64,000 nucleotides of DNA, taken from the IMG/VR virus record IMGVR_UViG_3300037483_000594, positions 64,001 to 128,000 of that record; one strand, written 5' to 3'. Origin of the DNA: a virus. The translations under genes were made by a program, and so were the position numbers. This document shows positions 39,201-47,895 of this stretch, in pieces (the stretch's first letter is position 1; each line of letters begins with the position of its first letter). The notes beneath the pieces were generated by a model that saw only the letters and a program-made list of their open reading frames with translations, ran no database searches and had not been told where the DNA came from.

Positions 39201-42200
39201 GGAGCGTAGGAAGAGCGCTGGGGGGCAGCCCTTACGCTGCACGTCGTGTTTTGAAGCAAGTGCGAGAGCTACTGCCAGAAACGGTACGTCGGTTTGTTGA
39301 TGCTCCGATTTGGTGGGAAGTAGTTGACACGGTCAAGGAAGTGGAGCCGGAGGAGTACGTTTACGATTTGGATATGCGGCCGTTCGGCAATTTTATTGTG
39401 GGGCCCGGTCTTGTTGTACACAACACGTACGAAGACGGGGTGGTGATAAGCGAAGACGCAGCCCAAAAGTTGACGTCCACCCACCTGTACAAGAGCAAGC
39501 TCTCGACGCGTGACGCGCGCGTCGAGCCTGCCAAGCGGTACAAGAGCATCTTTGGGGCTACGATCCCGGCGGAGCGCATGGCAGGCTTGGGGGAAGACGG
39601 GGTAGTGCGGGAAGGGACGATGGTCAAGCCCGGAGATGTTCTCGTGGCGGGCTCTGCAGACCGCGTGTTCACTACCGAAGAGCAGAAGCTGCGTGCGATC
39701 CAGAAGTCCCTCGTGCCCACGAAGCGAAACGCTGCGGTGACGTGGGACGCCGAACACCCAGGGAAGGTCGTGGCCGTGCACCGCGGAAAGAGCGGGGTGG
39801 AGGTGCATGTCGAAACCGAGGAGCCTGCGCAGGTGGGTGACAAGATCAGCTCACACCACGCCGCCAAGGGCATCATCTCCGCGGTCTTGCCGTCTGCGGA
39901 GATGCCCCAGCGCCCGGACGGGAGCCCGATCGACATCGTCATGAACCCGGTTGGCACCGCCGGGCGTCTTAACGTTGGGCAGATCCTGGAAACCGCCGCG
40001 GCCAAGGTCGCGGAGAAGACCGGCAAGCCGTTCATCATCAAAAACTTCGAGACCGAGGATAACCACGGTCTCGTCGCAAAAGCACTGAAGGAGCACGGGC
40101 TCTCCGACACCGAGAACCTGATTGACCCCACCACGGGGAACACCATTCCGGGCATCCTTACGGGGCCGCAGTACATCATCAAGCTGGAGCACCAGGTCGA
40201 CAAGAAGATGAGCTCGAGGGACCGCGGTGCCTACGACCGAAACCTTATTCCGAAGGGCGGCGGGCACGACGGAGGGCAGGCCTTCGGAGCTCTGGGGACC
40301 TACGCACTCCTGAGCCACGGGGCGCGCGGAAAGATCCAGGAGGCGCAGACGCTGCTCTCGGACAAGGGGCAGGGTGGGCTGAACGACGAGTTGTGGGGTG
40401 CTATCCAGTCGGGGGAGCTTATCCCGCCTCCGAAAGCCACGTTTGCCACCAAGAAGTTCGAGGGCTACCTTCGCGGGCTCGGGGTCAACGTCGAGCAGGA
40501 CGGTAACCGGCTCTCGTTGATGCCTGTCACTGACGCGCAGACCCTGGCGCTCTCGAGCGGTGAGCTGCAAGACGCCGGGCGTACCGTGATCGTCAAGAAC
40601 AACCAGCTTGTTCCGGAGAAGGGCGGGCTCTTCGACAAGCGGGCCACTGGCGGGCTGGACGGTCAGAAGTGGGGGCATATCACCCTGGCGAAGCCCATGC
40701 CCAACCCGCTGTTCGAGTCCGGGATAAGGAGCCTCACGGGACTCAAGACCACCGAGTACCAGCAGCTCATCTCCGGAGAGCTTGGGGTAAGCCAGAGCGG
40801 GGCACTGGTCCCCGCGGACACGCGCGGGGCCGAGACAGGGCCCTCGGCTGTGGTGAAGCTCCTCGACAAAGTGGACGTGAAACGCGCACTGCAAGAGGAA
40901 GAAGGCCGCATCGGCGGTCTTCGTGGCCAAAAGCAGAATGAGGTTCGGAAGAAGATAAAGTACCTCAGGGCGCTGGACCGTCTGAAGCTTTCTCCAGCGG
41001 ATGCCTATACCACAAGGCACGTGCCTATTCTGCCGCCATCAATGCGCCCTGTGGCGCTTACCGAAGACGGGAAGCTGCAAAACGACGACCTGAACTACCT
41101 TTACCGCGATCTCGCGGTGCTCAATGACCAGGTGAAGAAGATCCCCGCGGACATGCCCAAGTCTTTGGTGCAAGACAAAGAGGCCTACCTGTACGACAGT
41201 CTCCGCGCCCTCACCGGGCTTGGGGGTACGGTCAACGACAAGTACCCCGGGCTCCTTCACCGGATAGCTGGAAAGACCTCTCCCAAACAGGGGTTCTTCC
41301 AGAACGTGCTGATGAAGCGTAAGCAGGACCTCTCGGGGCGCTCGACTATCATCCCGGACCCCACCTTGTCCTTGGACGAGGTAGGGCTTCCCATCGACAT
41401 GGCGCGCGTCATCTACAAGCCCTTTGTGGTTCGGGAGATGAAAAACTCGCTTGGGCTCAGCCCCCTGGCCGCAAAGAAGCTGATCGACGAGGACGACCCG
41501 CTTGCCCGGAAGGCGCTCGAGCGCGTTGTTTCCGAACGCCCTATCATGCTCAAGCGGGACCCCGCCCTGCACAAACACAGCGTGCAGGGGTTCAAGCCCA
41601 AACTGATTAAAGGGAGCGCCATCAAAATCCCACCGCTGGTCACCAGTGGCTTCAACGCCGATTTTGACGGTGACCAGTGCATCGGTGCTGTTGTTTTGTT
41701 CCTTGAAAGAGATGTATTCAATTATGATATATGCTATTGGACACCAAGGAGGATTACTTTGACAGCGCGGATGCGAGAGCAGATTGGTTATTGTGATGCG
41801 GACGGAGAGTTTGTTGTCTGTGACCTATCGGAAGTGCCCCACGCGGAGGAGTGTGTAACGAAGGGGCACATTGACTATCATCCTGTGTCGGGGGTTAGCG
41901 TGCTCACTCTTGACCCGACGAAGGGGGCATGTTTCGCGGAGGTGACGGGGTGGTCTTATCATCGGCAACGCTCGGTGGAGATAGTCACTCTTGCTAGCGG
42001 GCGGCAGATCGTTACAGACGATGACCCAAGGGCTGTGTTTGGCGTGGATGCTTCGTCGTTGGAGTGGTGTCGGCGTCGTCCGCGTGAGAGTGCAGACCAG
42101 TTTGTGCCTGTTTTGGACGAAGTTCCTGCGTCCTTTACCGAGTTGACAGCGCTCGCGCTACCAAGAGACAAGTCCGGGCGGATGAAGCCAGAGGTGCTTC

Positions 42201-45200
42201 TTGACGCTAAGTTTGGTTACTTTCTGGGTTGTTTGGTGGGGGACGGCTGGGTCACGGGTGATGAGACACTGCGGTTCACATGTATGGCCAGCAGCTTTCC
42301 GGAGGTGCTTGGTACGTGGGAGCGGTCTGCGTCATGCCTTTTCTCAGAGAATCCGCACTTCAGCGAGCAGTACTGCTGTGAGGGGACCTTCGAGAACTCA
42401 AAGGGGACTACGCGCGCAACTATTTCTTCGGTAGCGTTGGCTACGTTTCTGCAGCCACTTATCGGTCATGGCGCGCGCAATAAGCACCTCCCTCCGTTTT
42501 TCTTGTCGGCCCCTGAATCTTTCCGTGTTGGTCTTTTGGCTGGGTTGATGGACACAGACGGCTCGATGTCATGGTCGATGGCAAAAGGCAAGGCGCAGTT
42601 TATGTGCAGTGTTAGCTCCACCAGCATAAGGCTGCTACAGGAAACTCAGCATCTTCTCCGCACGCTTGGAATCACCGCGAGTATCACCACTACCACCACG
42701 CCAAAGGGAGCTGCGTCATGGGTGCTGTCTATCTCTTCTGTGGGGTTGTACGAGCACAGGCGTAAACTTGCTCGACCGGCGCACAGTGGGAAACGCGCTG
42801 TGTGGGAGGAGTTCTGTGCTGGGGACGGCCCGGCTTCCGGAGGTGCTTTTTCACGGTACCGGCTCGTACCGCTACCTTCCAAGCTTGCTGCCAGCCTGCG
42901 GAAGATTGTCACGGTGAACGAGGACCGCAGCGTGTACATGACGCTGTCCAAGGCGATCGATCGGCAGTACATGTCGAAGCTGCTGGCCGAAAAGACTGTT
43001 CGGATGGTGAACGAACGTGGAGGGTGTGCACACCCCTTCTACGCGCGCTGGGCACGGCTGGTCGAAACTCCTGGGATGCACTTTGAGCGTGTTGTGGACG
43101 TGCAGCAGACGAACATTCTAGAGGACGGGTATGACCTAACCGTCCCGGGCTACGAGACCTTTATGGCAGTAGACGGCGTTGTGCTGTCCAACACAATGTC
43201 GGCTTACGTGCCGGTGACCGAAAAGGCTGTTCAGGAAGCGTGGCAGATGATGCCGTCGAACAACCTGTTCAGCCCGGCTTCCGGGAAGCTGATGTACGCA
43301 CCCACCAACGAGATGCAGGTAGGGCTGTACATGGCCACCGAGGTCGGGAAGGACACGGACAAGAAGTTTGCTTCCCTCTCGGAGCTGCGACGGGCAGTGA
43401 ACTCCGGAAAGCTCCACGGGACCGATGTGGTCACGTTGAACGGGCAGCGCACCACCTTCCACCGCGCGGAACTCGTAGACGCACTTCCGGAGCAGGCGCG
43501 GGAGGGGAACAAGCACCTCCTCACGGACCTTGGGTACAGGCTGACCAAGGCCAAGCAAGGCGCGCTGTTCGAGTCGATGGCGCACTCTGGGGCCGACGGC
43601 AAAGAGTTCGGGGCGGCGATAAACGCCGTCAAGGACCTTGGGAACAAGGTGGTGAGCACAGGGGGCTTCTCGTTCGGGCTCAAAGACATCGCTCCTCAGA
43701 AGGCGCTGCGGGCCGCAGCCTTTGCCGATGCGGACAAGGCTGTCGCACAACTGCGTGGTGTCGAACGTGAGGAGAAGATCGTCGACCTCTACTCCAAGGC
43801 GACCACCGCGCTCGAGAAGGACGTGCAGCAGATGGCGCAAGAACGCGCGTCTGAGTCTGCACTGGCCAAGCTGCAGGTAGCTGCCGGGATCAAGGGGAAC
43901 GGTTACAGGCAGCTCGTGGCGGCCCCCGGGCTCTTCGTGGACGGGCTAGGGAGGGTAGTGCCCTCTCCGGTCAAGCGCTCTTACGCGGAGGGGCTGAAGA
44001 GCAGCGACTACTACGTCAGCACCTCTGGGGCGCGGAAGGGCATAATCCAGAAGGTACAGAGCGTGCGCGACCCAGGGTACCTCACCAAGCTCATGGTGAA
44101 CTCCACCATTTCCGAGATGGTGGACAGGGAGGACTGCGGCACCCATTACGGTATCTCCCTGTCCGTGGACGAACCGGATGTGCAAGGGCGCTTCACGGTG
44201 GTTGACCACAAGCTCAGCAACGGCTCGGTCATCCCCGCCGGCACCTTGCTCGACAGCTCTATTGTGACCCGGATACGCAACGACAAGCCCGGGGCCAAAC
44301 TGGTGGTGCGTTCTCCCATGCGATGCACTCACACCACTGGGCTCTGCGCAAAGTGCGCCGGGCTGCAGGCGGACGGGAAGCTTCCGGAAAAGGGCACCAA
44401 CATTGGTATCTTGGCTGCCCAGGCCCTTGGAGAACGTGGAACACAGCTAGCTCTGAAGTCCTTTCACTGTTCGCACGCCAAGACGTTGGTGGTCGTCTGC
44501 AGGCGGGATGACCAAACAGTCAGGGCTATGACACTCGAGGAACTCTACGAGAAGGCGGTCAACCCTGTGGCGGAGGGTTGGCTGATCTACGACGGGGCGT
44601 GGCAGGAGCTCTCCGCGGTGAGCAGGCACCGCCCAACCGACCGTATGATGTTTGTGAGCTGCTCCAGTGTGGCGACGGTCTGCCAGGACAATCATCCCCT
44701 GGCGACCTACGAAAACAGGGTTTCTTGCGAGAAGTGTGGTTACCACCGGCTGAAGAAACCAGGGGCGAACGCTTCCATAAAAAACGGCAAGTTGTACTGC
44801 CCAAAGTGCTTTACCTACCAATACCCTATGGTCCCGGCGGAGGGGGAGGTGAAGTTCCTTGCACCTCAAGAGGTGGAGTGCAAGCGTGTGTACTTGCAGC
44901 GCTGTCTCGACCTCCCGGTTTCTTGTGTTAGAAAAACACCGTGGCTTGATCCGTACCTCGCTGGTATGTACGTGGCAGAGGGGAGTCTGGGGTATGTAGC
45001 AACTGCCTCGGGGGTGAAGAAACCGTACTTCGTCACTATCAGTCAGAACCGCGGGGCCGTGCGCGACAAACTGGAGCAGAAGCTGCCCCCTGAGTGGTGT
45101 GCCAAGCTTGGGGGGCGTGGCGTTGTGATTAACAGAGTCGCGCTCGGTGAGCGACTTGAAACAACGTTCGGCCGCTACTCGCGAAACGTGGCGCTGCCCT

Positions 45201-46387
45201 CCGACTTCCTAGCCTACGAACAGGGGTGGCTCGCCGAGTTCTTGTGTGGGCTGATCGATGGGGACGGGACGATCAAGCCTGACAAGGACGGGGCGCAGCG
45301 TATCGCGATCGACACGACAAGTTTTGCGCTGGCGCAACAGGTCGTGTTTATCTGTTCTCTGTTGAACATCGTGCCTTCTGTCCTGGCTACGTCACACCGA
45401 AAGCTGACCAGACATCAGGGTTTCCGTGTTGTGCTGCGGGTGACAGCGGCAGTGAAAGACTTGTTGAAAGAATCCATAAAGGTCCAGAGTGTGGAGAAAC
45501 TGAGCCCGGACCAGGACTTTCAGAGAACAGGGCGCACGCTGCTCTCGACCAAAAAAGAGGTGTTGTACACAGACGAGTACGTCTACGACGTCACGACCTC
45601 TTCCGGTACGTTTCTCGCGGGTGGGGTGCTCAGTCACAACAGCGGGGGTGTTTACTCCCCTACGGACATGACCTCTTTGGCTGGGAGCGGGATCGAGAGA
45701 GCCATGACGCTCCTTCAGCTTCCGAAGACGGTGAAGGGCTCGGCCACCCTTTCCACGGTCGGGGGTGTGGTGCGAAAGGTCGAGAGGGACGCTGCCGGCG
45801 GGGTCAACATTTTTGTGGACGACGGAAAGGGCCTGCGAAAGCACTACGTGCCCGCGGGTCGCAAGCTCCTGGGCTCGGTTGGAGGGAAGGTGCGCCCCGG
45901 AGACCCCCTTTCTTCAGGGCCGGTGAACCCGCACGACCTGTTGCCGCTTGCCGGGGTAGCACGCACCCAGGGGTTCCTGGCAAACGAGCTGCACAGCATC
46001 TACGGGAAAGAGGGCGTCAGGCGTCGGCACTCCGAGGTTCTGGTGAGGGCTGTGAGCTCGGTGGCGAGGGTAGAGGACCCCGGAGATCACGCGACTCTTC
46101 TTCCGGGGGACTACGTGGACACGAACGCCACGGCGCAGTGGAACGACAAGCACAGGGGCAAGGCGCCTGTGCAGTACACTCCCGTGGTGCGTGGAGTCGA
46201 GCAGCTTCCGCTTGACGTGAGCGAGGACTGGTTGGCCCGCCTGAACCATGAGCGCGGAAGAAAGACCATTATCGAGGCTGCGCAACAAAACTGGTCCACG
46301 GACCTGCACGGTCGGCACCCTATTCCCGGACTTATCTATGGTGTAGAATTCGGAAAAGGAACGAAAGACAAACCCTGGCACTACTAG
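36281..46387 (+). CDS. rpoBC: fused beta-beta' (two-barrel) DNA-directed RNA polymerase with three inteins
   Basis: TPES, GDK...H..KG, KL.H.V..K..R (beta); KxQDLSGRS, RDPALH, NADFDGD, GARKG, GYLTK, AAQALGERGTQL (beta'). Confidence 0.95.
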   Translation: MARLDPGETFEALKGEVTKAIKSQFPQVGSQHVLELRDVVVDDNVSSDEVSTQAAAKLDGKTFGVPIKASLVLRDKASGKVLDERVQRVGTLPKITSRYSWIVRGTEYQVDNQFRLRPGVYTTVHKDGGLESFLNFEGIPLHIKFDPKSKKFAVKHKTASPPLYPVMRALGFSDEQLRDAWGKEILAANQVDTSGRPLQVDKRAMDFARKLVPAAEVNTLAEASRAIKTYLGAKTLHPDVTEKTLGARYDTITPDVFRASTERLLGIARGEQKPDTRDALHFKELNGVEDLLSERLAKNAKMNARRIANNLDKKTEIRQIVGTGHFNSQLHGFFADSTLASLAQQTNPLRMIDGHTRTTIMGEGGIKSANAVTDEAKLVDPSHFGVLDPLVTPESGKAGVSLQLAIGAKKDGKTLAVPLINVKTGKVEFVNTAKVNDVVVAMPDAVTFSQGKLVAKDGGSTVRASVKDNEFREVPLREVQYVAPKATQMFSLSSNLVPFLASNSPNRASMSGRHQEQAISLKYREPPLVRSALGDKSFGEILGQFAAQHSPVSGEVVAVEPGLMKIKGPDGVKEVQLYNHYPLNDKKGQLHSTPSVKVGDKVKAGQLIADTNFSADGIYAPGKNLQVAYLPWGGQSVSGDTYVYWVDSQGGHFGPIGNMPAQGEVYANVLDSESVEGRLHRVHSFIGHYTAEPMFEIKMLEPFRVKATACHSFITIDETGGFVNITPAKMIPRKTLLPVVQPTLRFSSQIGQMFCKSKTAGGISVSFPMDKDAGYVFGVYTAEGCSLGGTRGCKGLSISVTEGDLLERLESILDKWGVSHSRRLRGVNIHNSAVGRIVTDACGCLAQFKKIPDLLWSQHPDFIDGFLDGYWSGDGTCSDKQFTASTVSRELAEGLIFLLAARGVKARYRTYKIPGHQDQNLINVYRETLDKFPALSSGRKELLRQELIAKGTEHGRDRIPIPEAYRDEVKKALRSVGRALGGSPYAARRVLKQVRELLPETVRRFVDAPIWWEVVDTVKEVEPEEYVYDLDMRPFGNFIVGPGLVVHNTYEDGVVISEDAAQKLTSTHLYKSKLSTRDARVEPAKRYKSIFGATIPAERMAGLGEDGVVREGTMVKPGDVLVAGSADRVFTTEEQKLRAIQKSLVPTKRNAAVTWDAEHPGKVVAVHRGKSGVEVHVETEEPAQVGDKISSHHAAKGIISAVLPSAEMPQRPDGSPIDIVMNPVGTAGRLNVGQILETAAAKVAEKTGKPFIIKNFETEDNHGLVAKALKEHGLSDTENLIDPTTGNTIPGILTGPQYIIKLEHQVDKKMSSRDRGAYDRNLIPKGGGHDGGQAFGALGTYALLSHGARGKIQEAQTLLSDKGQGGLNDELWGAIQSGELIPPPKATFATKKFEGYLRGLGVNVEQDGNRLSLMPVTDAQTLALSSGELQDAGRTVIVKNNQLVPEKGGLFDKRATGGLDGQKWGHITLAKPMPNPLFESGIRSLTGLKTTEYQQLISGELGVSQSGALVPADTRGAETGPSAVVKLLDKVDVKRALQEEEGRIGGLRGQKQNEVRKKIKYLRALDRLKLSPADAYTTRHVPILPPSMRPVALTEDGKLQNDDLNYLYRDLAVLNDQVKKIPADMPKSLVQDKEAYLYDSLRALTGLGGTVNDKYPGLLHRIAGKTSPKQGFFQNVLMKRKQDLSGRSTIIPDPTLSLDEVGLPIDMARVIYKPFVVREMKNSLGLSPLAAKKLIDEDDPLARKALERVVSERPIMLKRDPALHKHSVQGFKPKLIKGSAIKIPPLVTSGFNADFDGDQCIGAVVLFLERDVFNYDICYWTPRRITLTARMREQIGYCDADGEFVVCDLSEVPHAEECVTKGHIDYHPVSGVSVLTLDPTKGACFAEVTGWSYHRQRSVEIVTLASGRQIVTDDDPRAVFGVDASSLEWCRRRPRESADQFVPVLDEVPASFTELTALALPRDKSGRMKPEVLLDAKFGYFLGCLVGDGWVTGDETLRFTCMASSFPEVLGTWERSASCLFSENPHFSEQYCCEGTFENSKGTTRATISSVALATFLQPLIGHGARNKHLPPFFLSAPESFRVGLLAGLMDTDGSMSWSMAKGKAQFMCSVSSTSIRLLQETQHLLRTLGITASITTTTTPKGAASWVLSISSVGLYEHRRKLARPAHSGKRAVWEEFCAGDGPASGGAFSRYRLVPLPSKLAASLRKIVTVNEDRSVYMTLSKAIDRQYMSKLLAEKTVRMVNERGGCAHPFYARWARLVETPGMHFERVVDVQQTNILEDGYDLTVPGYETFMAVDGVVLSNTMSAYVPVTEKAVQEAWQMMPSNNLFSPASGKLMYAPTNEMQVGLYMATEVGKDTDKKFASLSELRRAVNSGKLHGTDVVTLNGQRTTFHRAELVDALPEQAREGNKHLLTDLGYRLTKAKQGALFESMAHSGADGKEFGAAINAVKDLGNKVVSTGGFSFGLKDIAPQKALRAAAFADADKAVAQLRGVEREEKIVDLYSKATTALEKDVQQMAQERASESALAKLQVAAGIKGNGYRQLVAAPGLFVDGLGRVVPSPVKRSYAEGLKSSDYYVSTSGARKGIIQKVQSVRDPGYLTKLMVNSTISEMVDREDCGTHYGISLSVDEPDVQGRFTVVDHKLSNGSVIPAGTLLDSSIVTRIRNDKPGAKLVVRSPMRCTHTTGLCAKCAGLQADGKLPEKGTNIGILAAQALGERGTQLALKSFHCSHAKTLVVVCRRDDQTVRAMTLEELYEKAVNPVAEGWLIYDGAWQELSAVSRHRPTDRMMFVSCSSVATVCQDNHPLATYENRVSCEKCGYHRLKKPGANASIKNGKLYCPKCFTYQYPMVPAEGEVKFLAPQEVECKRVYLQRCLDLPVSCVRKTPWLDPYLAGMYVAEGSLGYVATASGVKKPYFVTISQNRGAVRDKLEQKLPPEWCAKLGGRGVVINRVALGERLETTFGRYSRNVALPSDFLAYEQGWLAEFLCGLIDGDGTIKPDKDGAQRIAIDTTSFALAQQVVFICSLLNIVPSVLATSHRKLTRHQGFRVVLRVTAAVKDLLKESIKVQSVEKLSPDQDFQRTGRTLLSTKKEVLYTDEYVYDVTTSSGTFLAGGVLSHNSGGVYSPTDMTSLAGSGIERAMTLLQLPKTVKGSATLSTVGGVVRKVERDAAGGVNIFVDDGKGLRKHYVPAGRKLLGSVGGKVRPGDPLSSGPVNPHDLLPLAGVARTQGFLANELHSIYGKEGVRRRHSEVLVRAVSSVARVEDPGDHATLLPGDYVDTNATAQWNDKHRGKAPVQYTPVVRGVEQLPLDVSEDWLARLNHERGRKTIIEAAQQNWSTDLHGRHPIPGLIYGVEFGKGTKDKPWHY
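38186..39424 (+). mobile_element. intein 1 (LAGLIDADG, 413 aa) in the beta part
   Basis: PWGGQ|SVSG...VVHN|TYEDG; AT-richer than the flanks. Confidence 0.9.
41678..43192 (+). mobile_element. intein 2 (LAGLIDADG, about 505 aa) next to NADFDGD
   Basis: DGDQ|CIGA...VLSN|TMSAY; LAGLMDTDG. Confidence 0.85.
44468..45640 (+). mobile_element. intein 3 (LAGLIDADG + Zn ribbon, 391 aa) in the trigger loop
   Basis: KSFH|CSHA...LSHN|SGG; LCGLIDGDG. Confidence 0.9.
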
Positions 46388-46395
46388 GAGCAGCT

Positions 46396-46767
46396 ATGAC
46401 CAATCTTGAAAAGCTGGCGTTCGCGATTCAGATGCAGGCATGCCTCGACACCATGTTCCAACTGGAAAAGGAGGCGATGCTCGAAGCCGCCGCCCTCGGA
46501 AAAGAGGCCGGGGTCTCCACGTTCTTCTCCGGGCTCGGGAAGGGGTTGAGCAAGCTGCGCGCCCCGGGTGGTATCGCGCAGACGGCAACCGACCTCACCG
46601 AGGCGTGGCGTAAGGGTGCGGGTGGTGGAGCTGGTGCCCTGGGCGGCCTCGGCGGGGTGCTCGGGACCAACCGGGGTAAGCTGCTTGCCGGTGGGGCGCT
46701 CGCGGGCGGGGCCCTCTTGGCTGGTGGCGGCTACTTGGCCGGGCGCAGCTCGCAGCCACGGGACTGA
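46396..46767 (+). CDS. Gly-rich K-x-A protein
   Basis: LEKLA, EKEA, glycine zipper; AGGAG RBS. Confidence 0.7.
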   Translation: MTNLEKLAFAIQMQACLDTMFQLEKEAMLEAAALGKEAGVSTFFSGLGKGLSKLRAPGGIAQTATDLTEAWRKGAGGGAGALGGLGGVLGTNRGKLLAGGALAGGALLAGGGYLAGRSSQPRD

Positions 46768-47861
46768 TGCACCGTCAGCAAAACTCGCCTGTGAGTTCCG
46801 GGTCCTCACCGATCCGGATCGAGAAGGCGCGGATCGTAAACGTCCACCAGAACGGGTGGCTCGTTGACGTGCGCACCCTGCACTCCGGGCGGACCTACAT
46901 GGACATCGAGGTGTTGAGCCCCTACTTCCACTACAGTTGGGGGGAGGGTGTCTACGCCATGCCCGAGATAGGGGCCACGGCGCAGGTTTGTGTCTCGTCC
47001 GACGGCACCCCCTTCTTGCTCGGGTTCACCGGAGCCTTCGAGCGGGAAGACGGCGACGCCAGTTTCCGCGGGGGGCGCCCCCGCGCGAAGCTCGGAGACA
47101 TCATCCTTCGCGGGCGCGACGGGAACAGGGTGTACCTGCACAGGGGTGGGGTGTTGGAGGTTGGGTCGGAGACGCTGCCACGCTCCTTTTACATTCCGTT
47201 ACAGGGGTTGATTCGCCACGTGGGAGTGAGACACGAGTCGCTCTACGCCGGGGGGTCGGTCAACTGGGACGTGCAGCGTAGCGACGAGGCCGACGAAGAA
47301 GGCCCCGATGCCGTGTTGACGCTCCTGGCTTTTTCCAAAGCTACCGAGGAGAAAGCCACGGTACGGCTAAGGCTGGGGAGGTTGGACGGAGGGGACGACC
47401 GGGTTGAGTTTCTTGTGGCCCCCACCGCGCTCGACAAGACGGGGGCGCCATCCGCGTCGGTGTTCTCGTTTCTTGTCGACAAAGACGGGGCTGCGGAGTG
47501 TGCTATCGCCGACAACCTGACCCTCACCGTTGAGGGGGAGCTGAGCTTCAGTGGGGAGGGGGCGGCCACGCTCTCTTTCGCGTCTGACTGTGACGTCAGC
47601 GTTGGTGGTGACAGCACCTTTGACGTGTCCGGAAGAGCAACATTTTCCGCTCAGGACTTTGTTGCGCGTGCAGCGTCGGTACTCCTTGACTCCTCCAACG
47701 TGCAGTTGGGCGGGGAGGGGGGCTCGAAGGTGGTCGTCGCCTCTCCGATGTTCGAGGCGTTTCTTTCGCACACGCACAGCGTGACCGGCACTGCCACGGG
47801 GCCACCGACCGTAGTTCCTCTGTCACTCGCGATGACCGCACAAAACGTAAGGGCTCGTTAA
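46767..47861 (+). CDS. baseplate central spike (gpV/gp5-like)
   Basis: N-terminal OB-like MPEIG, beta-repeat region, C-terminal HTH (HxH) tip motif. Confidence 0.7.
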   Translation: MHRQQNSPVSSGSSPIRIEKARIVNVHQNGWLVDVRTLHSGRTYMDIEVLSPYFHYSWGEGVYAMPEIGATAQVCVSSDGTPFLLGFTGAFEREDGDASFRGGRPRAKLGDIILRGRDGNRVYLHRGGVLEVGSETLPRSFYIPLQGLIRHVGVRHESLYAGGSVNWDVQRSDEADEEGPDAVLTLLAFSKATEEKATVRLRLGRLDGGDDRVEFLVAPTALDKTGAPSASVFSFLVDKDGAAECAIADNLTLTVEGELSFSGEGAATLSFASDCDVSVGGDSTFDVSGRATFSAQDFVARAASVLLDSSNVQLGGEGGSKVVVASPMFEAFLSHTHSVTGTATGPPTVVPLSLAMTAQNVRAR

Positions 47862-47895
47862 TTGTTTGGTGTACACTGCTGCTAAGGGTGAAAAG

